From IMG/VR virus record IMGVR_UViG_3300036987_000310, positions 32,001 to 96,000 of that record: a stretch of DNA of 64,000 nucleotides; one strand, given 5' to 3'. The position numbers and the translations under genes are program-made. Positions 38,601 to 47,789 of the stretch are shown here, in pieces; position 1 is the first letter of the stretch, and every line of letters begins with the position of its first letter. The stretch is from a virus (lineage: Duplodnaviria > Caudoviricetes). The notes below the pieces were generated by a model. It was not told where the DNA came from. It ran no database searches and saw only the letters and a list, made by a program, of their open reading frames with translations.

Positions 38601-40286
38601 ATAAACCCGAACACTCAATGTGTGCAAATCAGGGCTGCAAACAGCTTAACCACATTGAGCGTGTTTGATGGTTTGAGATTTGTTGGATGCGATTTTAGCT
38701 TAAGCTATGCCACGAAGACTGGAAACAATCTCACAGCAAACACTGGTTTGATAGATCTTCATCCGGGTCTAGACGCAAATCCTGGTGAAAACGATGTTAG
38801 AATTAACAAGGGTCTTTTAGTTAAAAACATTGTGTTTCGGGATTGCAAAGTCCGCGTTGGTTCTCCGTCATCCGGCATCAACGTTCTTTTGCATTTGATA
38901 CCAACAGCAAACGGAACAAATGCTAACGTTGTCGGAACGCCGTTCACATATGTGGACAACCTCGTGTTCGAAAACACCTCGTTCACCCACACGCCTCCGA
39001 CGGTTAATGGAAACCCAAACGCCTTCACTATCGCATATGGCGCCAGAAGCGTTGTGATAATAAACTGCAAATATGAGCTGACGGGGTCCGGGCTGTTGTC
39101 GGCTCATGGCATTGCAACTCACGATGTTGCTTGGGCTTTGCATGGTGGCTTGTCCAACGGGGGCGCATCTGGAGATCCGCAAAACGCGTGGGCGTCTGCG
39201 CCAGACACGCCATGGGGCACTATTGCCATCATGGCAGACGATGTTAAAATAGACAAGTTCGACGTAACTGGTCTTTTGCAGAAGTGTTCGACAATTGGAG
39301 CTAGCACGTGGTATGAAGGAGATGCATACATCCTTTACGGTCGCACTCTTTCCATAAAAGATGTCACATGCAGTTACGAAACATTCGCTGGGGCCACCAG
39401 CAGAAGCTATCCGATCCATAGATGGAGGCTTTTCAATTTGATGCACGAGTCCATGACTGGTAGCGGAGTCACATATGAGCCCTCAGGGACTGCTGATGGG
39501 CTTGTGCTCATCGGCAAACAGTCGTTGAGCACTTCGGACCCGCATTGGGCTCTTTTGAGTTTCATTAGGCTGCACGCTAAGAACATTCATCTAACAAATT
39601 CGTCAGTTACTGGCTTCAAAACTGATGGTGGAGACCCGAGCGACGGGTGCGGCGCGTTGGTTTCCATTGAAGGTAATGGGCTCTGGTACTCGCCATATAT
39701 GAATGGAATGGCGAAGATAACGAACTCAGTGTTTAGAGACACTGGTTATGGGATCCGATACGACTATTTTGAAACAGTGCATGGAGCCATGAATTTCGAC
39801 ATCTCTGGAAACACGATTACTGGATGTGAAGAGTATGGCATCAGGCTTAGAATCAGTTATTCTGGGTACGGAACTGTTTCAAAAAATTATGTTTCAAATT
39901 GTGACAAACCGGGAATGGGATTCTTTTATGACCTCGGGTACTCTAACTTGAACATTGTGGACAATATTTTTATTGATAACTACCCGACAGATGGTGAACT
40001 CAACTGCAGACAAATTCATATATACCCGTTGTACACTTCCAGTACAAGAAGCCCGAAAGTCTTTTTAGACAGGAACACTGCTTATGAAACGATTAAGGGC
40101 GGGGGCATAGGCATAACACTTTTGTCAGGCGGCTCGCCAGCCGGACTTCCAGCCACTGGTTCCATAAGCACAATTTATGGAGCAGAAACCGGTCTAAATG
40201 CATTTCCGGCTACTTACAGATGGACTCCCGCTGCACTCATGGTCAGAAACCCAGGTTACCTAGTTACGCCATCCCCTAGTATTTAA
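35670..40286 (+). CDS. Tailspike/fibre with right-handed parallel beta-helix (pectin-lyase-like), putative depolymerase
   Basis: VTCGDG...AISSAINF...ATIYVKKGVY beta-helix cap, then N/C-laddered repeats (ITNSVFRDTGYGI, ISGNTITGCEEYGI, IVDNIFIDN). SD GAGG. Confidence 0.75.
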   Translation: MTRPRAYQVNDPGTHHVKFQLPTVPTSSTMSFVGGDYTDFLNATETQIYGGAEEPLPARIVGPTQEPFTNIFSANQLGIVMTGVNSGLVMPVIFQAGDFVTIGGISSLTVSKLAARINATLATYGVTYAAATNENGYLNVVSAFGADMSTGVGASVTLTETGFTAGIIQKLGFGAVSSVTASGSAPTRGIITESADGRGGHFPLRYTNGESVLSQTTNLIGWVDSSSRIKAWPNIVGGQTIYGRLSRTSTPSWKLSFFANGYQPPTVTSIGGNFCALTAADTIRFQVSGIDPIDGNSFSILTTVNFNLVINSVVDVVNAINAAWWTASGSGQGTMVSSLPEPYVLESTDSIYIRVDGSTAITVTFSAADGPMTAKSVVDAINAAWTLAGQPGVLAYVHVIGGLNYVKLVSQTVSGPTSSVEVAGARTAINKIGFPYGKVTGSNLVSVYGQSELRVLVPIIDVMDGGGSVSMFIMNMLGSAKTLLGLGHVTSWVYASVQEIEATPIIYPDTSGSVGINMLIPEVMELGEVPLDEMTTLQEFVNQDTVQQVRTWAGATNANRPVVYDRNGRVSKNAAAGMVYDVLEAKGVVLGSDQSNNYTPRLNIPFRYDAAAVDVVTALSESFATPSNVASASPVTQAFRKYVVNNQTLTHDYASWNAKRAAQWEKDIDGRVAAAMSFDSRGNFAIAIRDAANNAPWSVWDRMPFTIDLSTPDSPTLYLRGSSATISTPDSRMTLIDANISGNTVGENHVSAYYNGGQFLRIADRDATELDDGYSLMHSVNARASVTCGDGVNTFGDFNGTNAISSAINFIETNVSPNANATIYVKKGVYKASSPINTSLNLSIIGVAQADDTASCTIYNPSSIGDTLTITRSGNNGSLHLKNVNLLFDISGVSSRYSLVLVDGATVVAEDCSIKQTKIENPIPQSESNEGVCGRPAQGVFRRCRMSNIGLNGRPILTFNNVVSGNSFVFENCMFKAINPNTQCVQIRAANSLTTLSVFDGLRFVGCDFSLSYATKTGNNLTANTGLIDLHPGLDANPGENDVRINKGLLVKNIVFRDCKVRVGSPSSGINVLLHLIPTANGTNANVVGTPFTYVDNLVFENTSFTHTPPTVNGNPNAFTIAYGARSVVIINCKYELTGSGLLSAHGIATHDVAWALHGGLSNGGASGDPQNAWASAPDTPWGTIAIMADDVKIDKFDVTGLLQKCSTIGASTWYEGDAYILYGRTLSIKDVTCSYETFAGATSRSYPIHRWRLFNLMHESMTGSGVTYEPSGTADGLVLIGKQSLSTSDPHWALLSFIRLHAKNIHLTNSSVTGFKTDGGDPSDGCGALVSIEGNGLWYSPYMNGMAKITNSVFRDTGYGIRYDYFETVHGAMNFDISGNTITGCEEYGIRLRISYSGYGTVSKNYVSNCDKPGMGFFYDLGYSNLNIVDNIFIDNYPTDGELNCRQIHIYPLYTSSTRSPKVFLDRNTAYETIKGGGIGITLLSGGSPAGLPATGSISTIYGAETGLNAFPATYRWTPAALMVRNPGYLVTPSPSI

Positions 40287-40771
40287 TGAAATATTTCAAG
40301 GCGTTGTCTAAAAGGTTGTACGAGCTGATGGTGGAATATCCATTGGCTGTTGCTGCCGCCGTTCTTTTGGCCGTCGGCGCCATCGCAATGGCTCTTGCTG
40401 GGCGTGATGTTCAAATAGGCGGTTTGCTGGAAAAACTCTTCGGGAAGAAAAAGACAGACCCCAATATTCGTGTCATTCCGCCGTTAGGGCGCGTAGACGC
40501 CAATGGGAACCCCATTCCTCTTGGCGAATCAGACAAAAAAGGCTACGTGCAAGCGCCAATAAGCACTAAGATCATTGCCCCCGGTGTGTTTTCAAATCCA
40601 GACACGATAGTCGTTGTCCACCCAAACAAGGGTGAGATAACGATTCCACTTCCGGTTGGGGTTAAAAACAAAGACGTGTCTGAAGTCATTGAAATTCATC
40701 CGAACGTATATGAAATTAAAAACAATGACAAGGGTGTTAACACGTCTGAGCTTGAGGAAATTTTGAAATGA
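40286..40771 (+). CDS. N-terminally membrane-anchored protein (holin- or i-spanin-like)
   Basis: Hydrophobic segment PLAVAAAVLLAVGAIAMALAG followed by a soluble domain; at the end of the virion operon. Confidence 0.45.
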   Translation: MKYFKALSKRLYELMVEYPLAVAAAVLLAVGAIAMALAGRDVQIGGLLEKLFGKKKTDPNIRVIPPLGRVDANGNPIPLGESDKKGYVQAPISTKIIAPGVFSNPDTIVVVHPNKGEITIPLPVGVKNKDVSEVIEIHPNVYEIKNNDKGVNTSELEEILK

Positions 40772-41382
40772 AATTTGTCGTGTTGGCGCTTTTTGTTTTG
40801 TTGTTCAGTAATTTGGCGTCAGCACAAGACTGTGTTCCATGCGACGGTAAATGTTTAACGCCAGATCAAGTGGAAAAGCTGCGCGAAGCGGTTAAAGAGT
40901 TGAAAGACATTCACGAGTCGCCAACAACGATTGAATTTCAGGACATCATTGTCATAATTCGTGATCTGGACGGGCGAGTTTATGTTAACGGCGGGTTTAA
41001 AAAACCATTGCGTTTGAAAGTGAGGATTGGTAAACACGTCGACAGGGACGTTCTTGCGACAGTTGAAAGTCGTATCTGGTACAGGCCCGAACCTGAATCT
41101 CCGATGTTTCGTTTAAGAATTCGAGCTCAAGCTGGGATTCTGATTCCTGAAATGATAAAAACAATTTCAGGAGATGAAAAACAATTTTGGGATGGCGGAG
41201 TTGGGTGGGACTTTTTTCACATTGGGGACGTGAACCTGGCGGCGTTTACGGGAGTTCGTAGCGCTGGGATCGGACCTGGAGTCGACATAACAAAAAACTT
41301 TGGCGTTCATGCCGGATATGCTGTAGTATACGACGGTTTTTCGTCAAGTGCACTGATGACAGCATATTTTAGCTTTAACTGA
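40768..41382 (+). CDS. Exported protein with C-terminal amphipathic beta-strands (outer-membrane-like)
   Basis: Signal peptide MKFVVLALFVLLFSNLASA, Cys cluster, coiled coil, then Gly/aromatic alternating strands ending AYFSFN. Confidence 0.55.
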   Translation: MKFVVLALFVLLFSNLASAQDCVPCDGKCLTPDQVEKLREAVKELKDIHESPTTIEFQDIIVIIRDLDGRVYVNGGFKKPLRLKVRIGKHVDRDVLATVESRIWYRPEPESPMFRLRIRAQAGILIPEMIKTISGDEKQFWDGGVGWDFFHIGDVNLAAFTGVRSAGIGPGVDITKNFGVHAGYAVVYDGFSSSALMTAYFSFN

Positions 41383-41389
41383 GGACTTC

Positions 41390-41614
41390 ATGTCAACTCA
41401 ACACACTTGGGGACAACCATCACACACTGTGCAAGAGTATGTGGTTGACGAGAAATTGGCTGAAAAATTTCCGGGACGATTCGTAGGGTCCAGTGATGTG
41501 TGGACTAAAACATGTACGAATTGTGGCTTGGAAATTGGATCTCCATCAGGAGATTTCACAAGATCAGACGTGATTTTTCCTGACTGCGAATCGTACGAAG
41601 CCGCAAAAACATAG
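41390..41614 (+). CDS. Small Cys-containing hypothetical protein
   Basis: 74 aa with CTNC and a distal Cys; SD GAGG. Confidence 0.6.
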   Translation: MSTQHTWGQPSHTVQEYVVDEKLAEKFPGRFVGSSDVWTKTCTNCGLEIGSPSGDFTRSDVIFPDCESYEAAKT

Positions 41615-41750
41615 TCATGACTGTAATCTGTGTTGATGATTTCAGTCGACTCGCAGCACATTGAAAACCCGTTAAATTCGATTGCAGCCTGGTCTCAAGT
41701 CGGAAGCTTGATTTGTACCTCATGCACTCAACTGGCCGTATGAAACACTC

Positions 41751-43871
41751 ATGATTCATACTGACTCTGGAAAGACCATGGAACAAGCTGCTTTTTTGGA
41801 AGAGCTGCGTAAAATTCGCAATATGGAGAAGATTAATCTTAAGCCTTCTCCATATCTCAAAAGTGAATTCATGGACGACGGGGGCGAAGTCAGACCGGTA
41901 GTTCTTCGCGAGTATCAAAAGAAGCATGTGTTTGAAATGCTTCAAGTGGTAAAACACATAAACGGGTCGGACACGGGGCTGGGTAAGACGCTCGAGATTT
42001 TGAGCACGATTGGATATGTTTGGCTCAAAGAGCCGGAATACGTCCCCATCGTGTTGACAAAGAAGTCAGCTCTTCATCAGTGGGCTGCAGAAGTCGACAA
42101 GTTCATGCAAAGCATGGAAGTGACCACAGTCGACGGAAAACCATATGACCGGGAGAAAACTTACATAAAATTCTTTCAGAGCGATTTAAACAAGAAGCGC
42201 TTGCTGATAATGACGTACGACGTTTTGTTGAAGGATGCGAACGGGTCCGTCGTGCGAAACTCCGATCATAAGGCGTCTTCTGCTGATCATAAGGCGCTGG
42301 TTAAAGCTCGCAAGACTTTGAAGGAAGTTCAAAAGGCTGCCAAAGCCGAGTCTGAGGTGTTCGAAACCTGGTTCAACAGCCGTCCGTACGAAATTTGGGA
42401 TCACGCAAAATCTGTCGTAGCTGTCGGTCCAGAAAAACCGCCGAGGCCCCCTGTTCCGAATAACTGGACCGAAGAGGACGAGAAGCAAACCCAAAAGTTC
42501 GAGGCGCTTGTCAACGCCGCTCAATCTTGGAAGGTTGAAGCTGATCGTTTGGACGCTATTGTGCACCCAACTGTTGTTACCCCCGGCATCATTGGGCAAA
42601 TCAAAGCCTTCATGGCATCACATCCGAACGCCAAATTCATGCTGGTGATGGACGAAGCCCACGTGGTCAAAAACCATCGCGGGAAAATACACGCAACTGT
42701 GGCTGAGCTTGCAAAGCACTGTGAGAGGGTTTACGGCCTCACCGCGACTCCGGTTAAAAATCGCTTGATGGAGTTTTTCTCTCTATTTCGGATTGTTGTT
42801 CCTGGCTTGTTTCCGAAAGTCACCCAGTTTCAGAACGAATTTTGCATCACCAAGCTCCAGCGCATCGGCGGCGGCAAGCAAGTTCCCATAATAGTAGGCT
42901 ACAAAAACCTTTCCAGGTTTGTCGACGTCATAGAACCATTTTACTTGTCGCGTCGCAAATACGATGTGGCCGCTGAGCTTCCGCGCTTGGTCACTAGGGA
43001 GCTGCAATGCGAACTGACTGACCTGCAGGAAGAGTTGTATGACATGGCCGAGGCCGGCCTGTTGGAAAAGGACTCCGACCCTGACGCGTCGAGCGCGGCT
43101 GTGCTTGGGGCCATGACATACGTGCAGGAGGCCGTCAACTCGCCGACTTTGTTGAACAACGATGATGGTGAACCATGGGAAGGAAGTTCTCCGAAAGTCG
43201 ACACGCTTTTGGAGCTTCTCGAGGACGAACTTGACGGGGTTAAAACCATCGTCTTCTCCCGGTTTGAGCGCATGGTTTCTCTAACCGAGACAGCTTTGAA
43301 GGCGAATGGTGTCAAATGTGTGCGCATTACCGGAAAAGAAAATAAGGCGTCGGACAGAGAAAAGGCCAAAACAGTTTTTCAAGATCCAAATTCGGGCGTG
43401 AACGTGATTCTGATAACAGAAGCCGGGTCTGAGTCGATCAATCTTCAAGCAGCCGAGCATTTTGTTCTACTGGACTCTCCATGGTCTTGGGGGACTTATC
43501 TTCAGCTCATCGGCCGCATGATTCGCATAGGAAGCCATCACACAATGACCGTAGCCACCCATCTCGTGGCTGTAAGGCAAGATGGACGCAAAACTATCGA
43601 CCACTACGTGATCAAGAAGCTCAAGACGAAAAAAGCTCTTGCAGACAAGGTCGCGGGGGAAGGGCTGAAGGACGGGTTGAAGTTCGTCAAGGACGACGCC
43701 ATGGAGCTCGTGTCCATGCTAAAGGAAGACACAAAAGATACTTCGAAGGGCCAGAAGGGCGCCAAAGCTGCCAAAACAAGTTTGGGCGGTTCAAGTCCTA
43801 AGAAGACCCTTTCTTGTGTCAAGAACGACCCTCCCGTTGCCGTGGTGAATGTCGACTTGTCGGAGATATGA
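41751..43871 (+). CDS. SNF2-family (SF2) helicase
   Basis: Motif I DTGLGKT, II DEAH, III LTATP, C-terminal IVFSRF, GSESINLQ and QLIGRMIRIG; large helical insert before motif II. Confidence 0.9.
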   Translation: MIHTDSGKTMEQAAFLEELRKIRNMEKINLKPSPYLKSEFMDDGGEVRPVVLREYQKKHVFEMLQVVKHINGSDTGLGKTLEILSTIGYVWLKEPEYVPIVLTKKSALHQWAAEVDKFMQSMEVTTVDGKPYDREKTYIKFFQSDLNKKRLLIMTYDVLLKDANGSVVRNSDHKASSADHKALVKARKTLKEVQKAAKAESEVFETWFNSRPYEIWDHAKSVVAVGPEKPPRPPVPNNWTEEDEKQTQKFEALVNAAQSWKVEADRLDAIVHPTVVTPGIIGQIKAFMASHPNAKFMLVMDEAHVVKNHRGKIHATVAELAKHCERVYGLTATPVKNRLMEFFSLFRIVVPGLFPKVTQFQNEFCITKLQRIGGGKQVPIIVGYKNLSRFVDVIEPFYLSRRKYDVAAELPRLVTRELQCELTDLQEELYDMAEAGLLEKDSDPDASSAAVLGAMTYVQEAVNSPTLLNNDDGEPWEGSSPKVDTLLELLEDELDGVKTIVFSRFERMVSLTETALKANGVKCVRITGKENKASDREKAKTVFQDPNSGVNVILITEAGSESINLQAAEHFVLLDSPWSWGTYLQLIGRMIRIGSHHTMTVATHLVAVRQDGRKTIDHYVIKKLKTKKALADKVAGEGLKDGLKFVKDDAMELVSMLKEDTKDTSKGQKGAKAAKTSLGGSSPKKTLSCVKNDPPVAVVNVDLSEI

Positions 43872-43872
43872 C

Positions 43873-44667
43873 ATGGTTGAAGGGTGCAGTTGCGGCGGAA
43901 ACGGGATTGTTGAGAAAGATGGAAAGCTGTACGAGTGCGTATGCGCTTTGTTGAGGCGGCGCGCTGCGTCCATGCCCCCTTTCATTCGGACTGCAAATTT
44001 GCAACCCGGACACACGTCGCACAGGTTGCACGATCTGACAAAGAAGTCTTTGTTCATTTTGGCCACTTGGCCGGACATGAAGGCAATCATCAAAGCTGTC
44101 ATGATCCGTCACATGAACTTGTTTGTGCGAATCACATCCGACAACGACATACTTCACGCTTACGTCGGGGCGATGTCAAAGAAGAACAAGGGCGACAACG
44201 AAGCTACTTTTGAAACTGTTGGCGACTTTGTTGGCCCTCCCGATTTGGTGATCATAAGGCTAAATGCTTTGACCAGGCCAAACAAGGCTGCTGCCGGGGC
44301 CCTGGAAGAAGCCATGGTTTGCCGCATGGACCAAGACAAGGCAACATGGTTTGTGTCGGACATGGACCGCCCATTCACCTCGTCAAGCCCAGCTCACTCG
44401 GAGACTCTTTGGGATCTCATGGAAGCATGTGCCAAAGTTCGTGTTCCTCCAGTTTTGCCTAGAAATCTTCCGACCGGAATGTTCGATTTGGAATCAGTCG
44501 AGTCCAGCATCAGTCCTGTTGCTCATAAGAGTGAGCCGAAGAAGGAGACAAAGAAGCGTTCGAAGCCGGATCCCACCCCGAACGTTGACCAAGAAGACAA
44601 CTCTGGTTTGGGAATGTACGGACAAGGTGTTGGTAAAAGCAAGAGCTTCGGTCGAGGCGGGGACTGA
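43873..44667 (+). CDS. DnaC/DnaI-like helicase loader-like protein, degenerate ATPase
   Basis: N-terminal CSCGGNG...YECVC Zn motif and DLVII Walker B-like strand, with no GxxxxGKT. Lies directly upstream of DnaB. ATG 43873 follows GGAGA. Confidence 0.5.
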   Translation: MVEGCSCGGNGIVEKDGKLYECVCALLRRRAASMPPFIRTANLQPGHTSHRLHDLTKKSLFILATWPDMKAIIKAVMIRHMNLFVRITSDNDILHAYVGAMSKKNKGDNEATFETVGDFVGPPDLVIIRLNALTRPNKAAAGALEEAMVCRMDQDKATWFVSDMDRPFTSSSPAHSETLWDLMEACAKVRVPPVLPRNLPTGMFDLESVESSISPVAHKSEPKKETKKRSKPDPTPNVDQEDNSGLGMYGQGVGKSKSFGRGGD

Positions 44668-46187
44668 TGGAACGCATTTTGCGCGGTTTGATGCAGATCG
44701 GGTCGGTTCCGGAAGCCGAAGACTGCCTTCGGAATTGGAACCGGCTCCAAGAATACTCTCTCGATTTTCCGACTGTTGAAGATAAGCTTATCTTTGACTA
44801 CTTTCGAACTTTTTACAACCAGATGTCCGCTCCTCCGGACTTTGCAATAGTTCGCGAGTATTTCGAAAAAGAGGACAATATTGAAGTGGCGTCCCGCCTC
44901 GACGAAGTCAAGGCGGCTCAGCCATACATTGGGACAAACTACCTTGCCATAGTTCGCGCCGAAGAAGATAGACAACAGACTAAATCCATAGTCATGCTGT
45001 TTCGAGATGCGAGCATGATTGCTGAGCACGGGCGGAACGTAGACAGGCCTGTCAATGGAAAGAAGGTTTTGAAGGGCGTTCCTGACGCCGTGAACTACGT
45101 ATACGACAAGCTGCACGACTTCACGCGCGTAGAAGGGGGCGAGAAGCTTGAAGGAGTGGTCAGCGAGGACGCCGACGAGTTCATGGAAGAGTATGAAGTC
45201 GTCGAAAAGATGGATAAATATGCCGGGCGAAACTTGTTCGGGCTCGAGCCTGTCGACACTGTGTGTCGCGGCCACCGAATGGGGGAATATTGGATCCACA
45301 CGGCTTTCGCCGGAGAATTGAAGACGTCGCTTGCTTTGAACTATGCGTACAACAATGCATTTGTGTACGGCAAAAACATTTTCTACGCGATTTTGGAAAT
45401 GCCATACAAGCAGCTTCGGCGCCAGTTGTACGTAATCCACTCTTCTCACGGAAAATTTGTGACTGAATGGTGGAAAGAAGATCAAAAAGCTGGAATCCCT
45501 CCTGAGCACAGATACGTTGGTCTCGACTATCGCAAAGTTCGCGACGGGGAATTGTCTCCTCGCGACAAGGAGCGTCTAAAGAAAGTCGCCCAAGACTTCA
45601 AAGCAACATCCAGGGGTAGGCTCTTTGTTTGGAGGCCGTCAGACGAGGCCACGATCATGGACATCCGCCGCAAGGCCGAGATGTTTCACAACAAGTACGG
45701 GTGTGACGGCATAGTTGTTGACCATTTGGGCTTGGTCAAGCCAAAACACAGAACAAGCGACTTCGTCACAACTCAGAACGCCGTTGTTCGAGATGGACGC
45801 CTGATGGCTTTGAACTTTGCTCGAGGTCGTGGCGTTCCCGTCATGGCACTGTTTCAGATGAACAGGCAGGGAAAGCTTCGAGCTGACAAGAACGATGGTC
45901 GCTACGACATGGCAGCTATCAGCTATGCAAACGAGGTTGAGAAGAGCGCGGATGTCATCACATGGACATATTTGAACGATCAGCTTCGTAAAGAGGGCAA
46001 GTTCTATATGGGGAACTTGAAAAATCGAGACAATCCAATGTTCGATCGCATGATCGGTAAGATTTTGTGGATGTCGAAGCGCATGCGCGCAATCGAGTCG
46101 GGGCTAATTGACATGGACAACGATCGCCTGATCGTGTCTGCTGGAGAGCACATCAGTCAGCTCACGGCTGCAGACCTGATGATCTGA
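44667..46187 (+). CDS. dnaB: DnaB-like replicative helicase
   Basis: HTAFAGELKTSLALN (H1), YAILEMP (H1a), IVVDHLGL (H2), ALFQMNRQG (H3), EKSADV and LKNRD (H4). Confidence 0.85.
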   Translation: MERILRGLMQIGSVPEAEDCLRNWNRLQEYSLDFPTVEDKLIFDYFRTFYNQMSAPPDFAIVREYFEKEDNIEVASRLDEVKAAQPYIGTNYLAIVRAEEDRQQTKSIVMLFRDASMIAEHGRNVDRPVNGKKVLKGVPDAVNYVYDKLHDFTRVEGGEKLEGVVSEDADEFMEEYEVVEKMDKYAGRNLFGLEPVDTVCRGHRMGEYWIHTAFAGELKTSLALNYAYNNAFVYGKNIFYAILEMPYKQLRRQLYVIHSSHGKFVTEWWKEDQKAGIPPEHRYVGLDYRKVRDGELSPRDKERLKKVAQDFKATSRGRLFVWRPSDEATIMDIRRKAEMFHNKYGCDGIVVDHLGLVKPKHRTSDFVTTQNAVVRDGRLMALNFARGRGVPVMALFQMNRQGKLRADKNDGRYDMAAISYANEVEKSADVITWTYLNDQLRKEGKFYMGNLKNRDNPMFDRMIGKILWMSKRMRAIESGLIDMDNDRLIVSAGEHISQLTAADLMI

Positions 46188-46215
46188 CCATAGCGCTTTT
46201 GTGTTTCGTCGACGC

Positions 46216-46668
46216 ATGAACTTCGTCAGAATCGCCATGCGCATTGCGTTCAACGTGCGCACTGCCGACGACCACCTCAAAACTTCAGATATAAGAAAGC
46301 TTATCGGGAGCGATCCGGAGCTCACTGACGACTTCTTGTTTGCCCTCATGAAGCACGACGACTTCATGGAAACTTTATATGGCTTGGCTGGCGATCGGCT
46401 GTCAGACAGCAACATACGAAAGCTGAAGTTTTTGCACAGGGGCCTGGCGAGCGAGTTGTCTTCTTTAATGAACAAGTTGGCGGAAAGATTTCCCGGTGCG
46501 AATTTTCTGCTTTTCAAAAAAGAGGTTTCTCGAGTTGTGGGGGAAGAGGTCCTTAACCCGAACGTCATGATCAGGGAAATGAACGAATGGACTTATCAAT
46601 GGCACGATGTTTTTTCCCACATGGTGCGTGAGGCCGGTAAGCTCTTGGCTGCCGAGTCAAAATCCTGA
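46216..46668 (+). CDS. Hypothetical protein with N-terminal RIAxRIA motif
   Basis: In-frame ATG at 46216 (MNFVRIAMRIA); all-helical appearance. Confidence 0.6.
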   Translation: MNFVRIAMRIAFNVRTADDHLKTSDIRKLIGSDPELTDDFLFALMKHDDFMETLYGLAGDRLSDSNIRKLKFLHRGLASELSSLMNKLAERFPGANFLLFKKEVSRVVGEEVLNPNVMIREMNEWTYQWHDVFSHMVREAGKLLAAESKS

Positions 46669-46690
46669 GATTTTGTTTAGCTTTGTCCAC

Positions 46691-47308
46691 ATGTGGACAA
46701 AGCTAAAATCTTTCCTGCTGAATCGTACACTGTTTCTGATTTCGATGGGGGTCTTCACAGTTGTAGTGATTGGACTGTTGACGTACTTCCAAGCAATGGG
46801 TGTCAAAAAGATTCCCCTTGACGATCTGATGGAAGTTAAGCACTATCGAGACTCTGTCCAGTTTCCGCTACGCGTGTACTGCAGCGGATTTAATGAGCAT
46901 CAGATGGAGATGTGGGCAGAAGCGAGCGCAGCCTGGAAGCGAGCGGACGACAGGTTGGACGTCCAGTTCATCTCATGGGAACCGCCCACCCCGTTTTCCG
47001 AAGATTTTTACAAAGACTTCGAAAAACGGACGCTTTGGCAACTTGACCCGAACGACAAAGAAACAGCGTTGATGTTTCTGAAATATAGCATTCGCACAGA
47101 CGGGTTTGCCGTTGGAAATTTCATTGCCATCGTTCACGACAAAGAATTGACAGACCAGCAGAGCTTGACGATGTATGCGCACGAACTTGGCCATATGGTG
47201 GGCTTCGAGCACATCAGGGACGCGTACCCAGCCATGATGAATTTGACTGCCAAGAAGGCGATTACGAAATATGACCTTATGCAGGTCGACTACGTGTACC
47301 CTCGCTAA
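46691..47308 (+). CDS. Membrane-anchored metzincin (matrixin-like) zinc metallopeptidase
   Basis: HELGHMVGFEH zinc motif, Met-turn AMM and an N-terminal TM helix. Confidence 0.8.
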   Translation: MWTKLKSFLLNRTLFLISMGVFTVVVIGLLTYFQAMGVKKIPLDDLMEVKHYRDSVQFPLRVYCSGFNEHQMEMWAEASAAWKRADDRLDVQFISWEPPTPFSEDFYKDFEKRTLWQLDPNDKETALMFLKYSIRTDGFAVGNFIAIVHDKELTDQQSLTMYAHELGHMVGFEHIRDAYPAMMNLTAKKAITKYDLMQVDYVYPR

Positions 47309-47718
47309 CCCAGAACACTTAAGATTGGCTGGACGTGTTCCATCGTCAATCCGCTCGGATAAGTGCACACGTGTCTTTTTGCAACTTTTCCCATGAAAGT
47401 CATATCGTCGATGACGACGTATGACTCGGCGGGGTTCTTTTCCAGGAAAGCGAGAATTTCGTCGTCTCGACTTCCGAAAGAAGGAGTTTTTCCGACAATT
47501 TCTCCTGTGAACCCTGCTTTTTTGAATTCTTCCCTGATGTCCGGGAGAGATTTTCCGAGCCGGAACGCCGATGAAATTACGACAAGTGCCCCTGTGTGTG
47601 CGATGATGTGGTTAAGGACTGACACGTGCTCCGGCATCAAAGCCGTGCCCATGTCTAACGGGTTGTGGACGATTCCCGGGTTCATGACCCCATCAATGTC
47701 AAGAAACGCGAATTTCAT
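47305..47718 (-). CDS. HAD-superfamily phosphatase (Swiss-Army-knife RNA-repair-type HAD)
   Basis: MKFAFLDIDGVMN, VVISSAFR, R-D-EI, YVVIDD and GLT motifs. The ATG at 47718 is the likely start. Confidence 0.8.
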   Translation of the reverse strand: MKFAFLDIDGVMNPGIVHNPLDMGTALMPEHVSVLNHIIAHTGALVVISSAFRLGKSLPDIREEFKKAGFTGEIVGKTPSFGSRDDEILAFLEKNPAESYVVIDDMTFMGKVAKRHVCTYPSGLTMEHVQPILSVLG

Positions 47719-47789
47719 GGAAAATGATACTTGCTTTGTTTTCACACTTTCGTTTTGTAAATTCCGGGCATAAGCGAGTACCCTCAGCC

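Noticed and set aside
1-41400. Bacterial contractile injection system (eCIS/T6SS) rather than phage
   Set aside because: The block is contiguous with a phage-type replication module, a homing endonuclease and a sigma factor.
41615-41750. tRNA or ncRNA in the gap between the virion and replication blocks
   Set aside because: Only a 5-bp hairpin (TCAAG/CTTGA); no cloverleaf or T-loop consensus.
42230-42630. Insert in the SNF2 helicase as an intein
   Set aside because: No Cys/Ser start, His-Asn end or LAGLIDADG motifs; it looks like a helical insertion.
44523-45509. 328-aa antisense ORF over dnaB
   Set aside because: Shadow of a well-supported gene, with unnatural composition.
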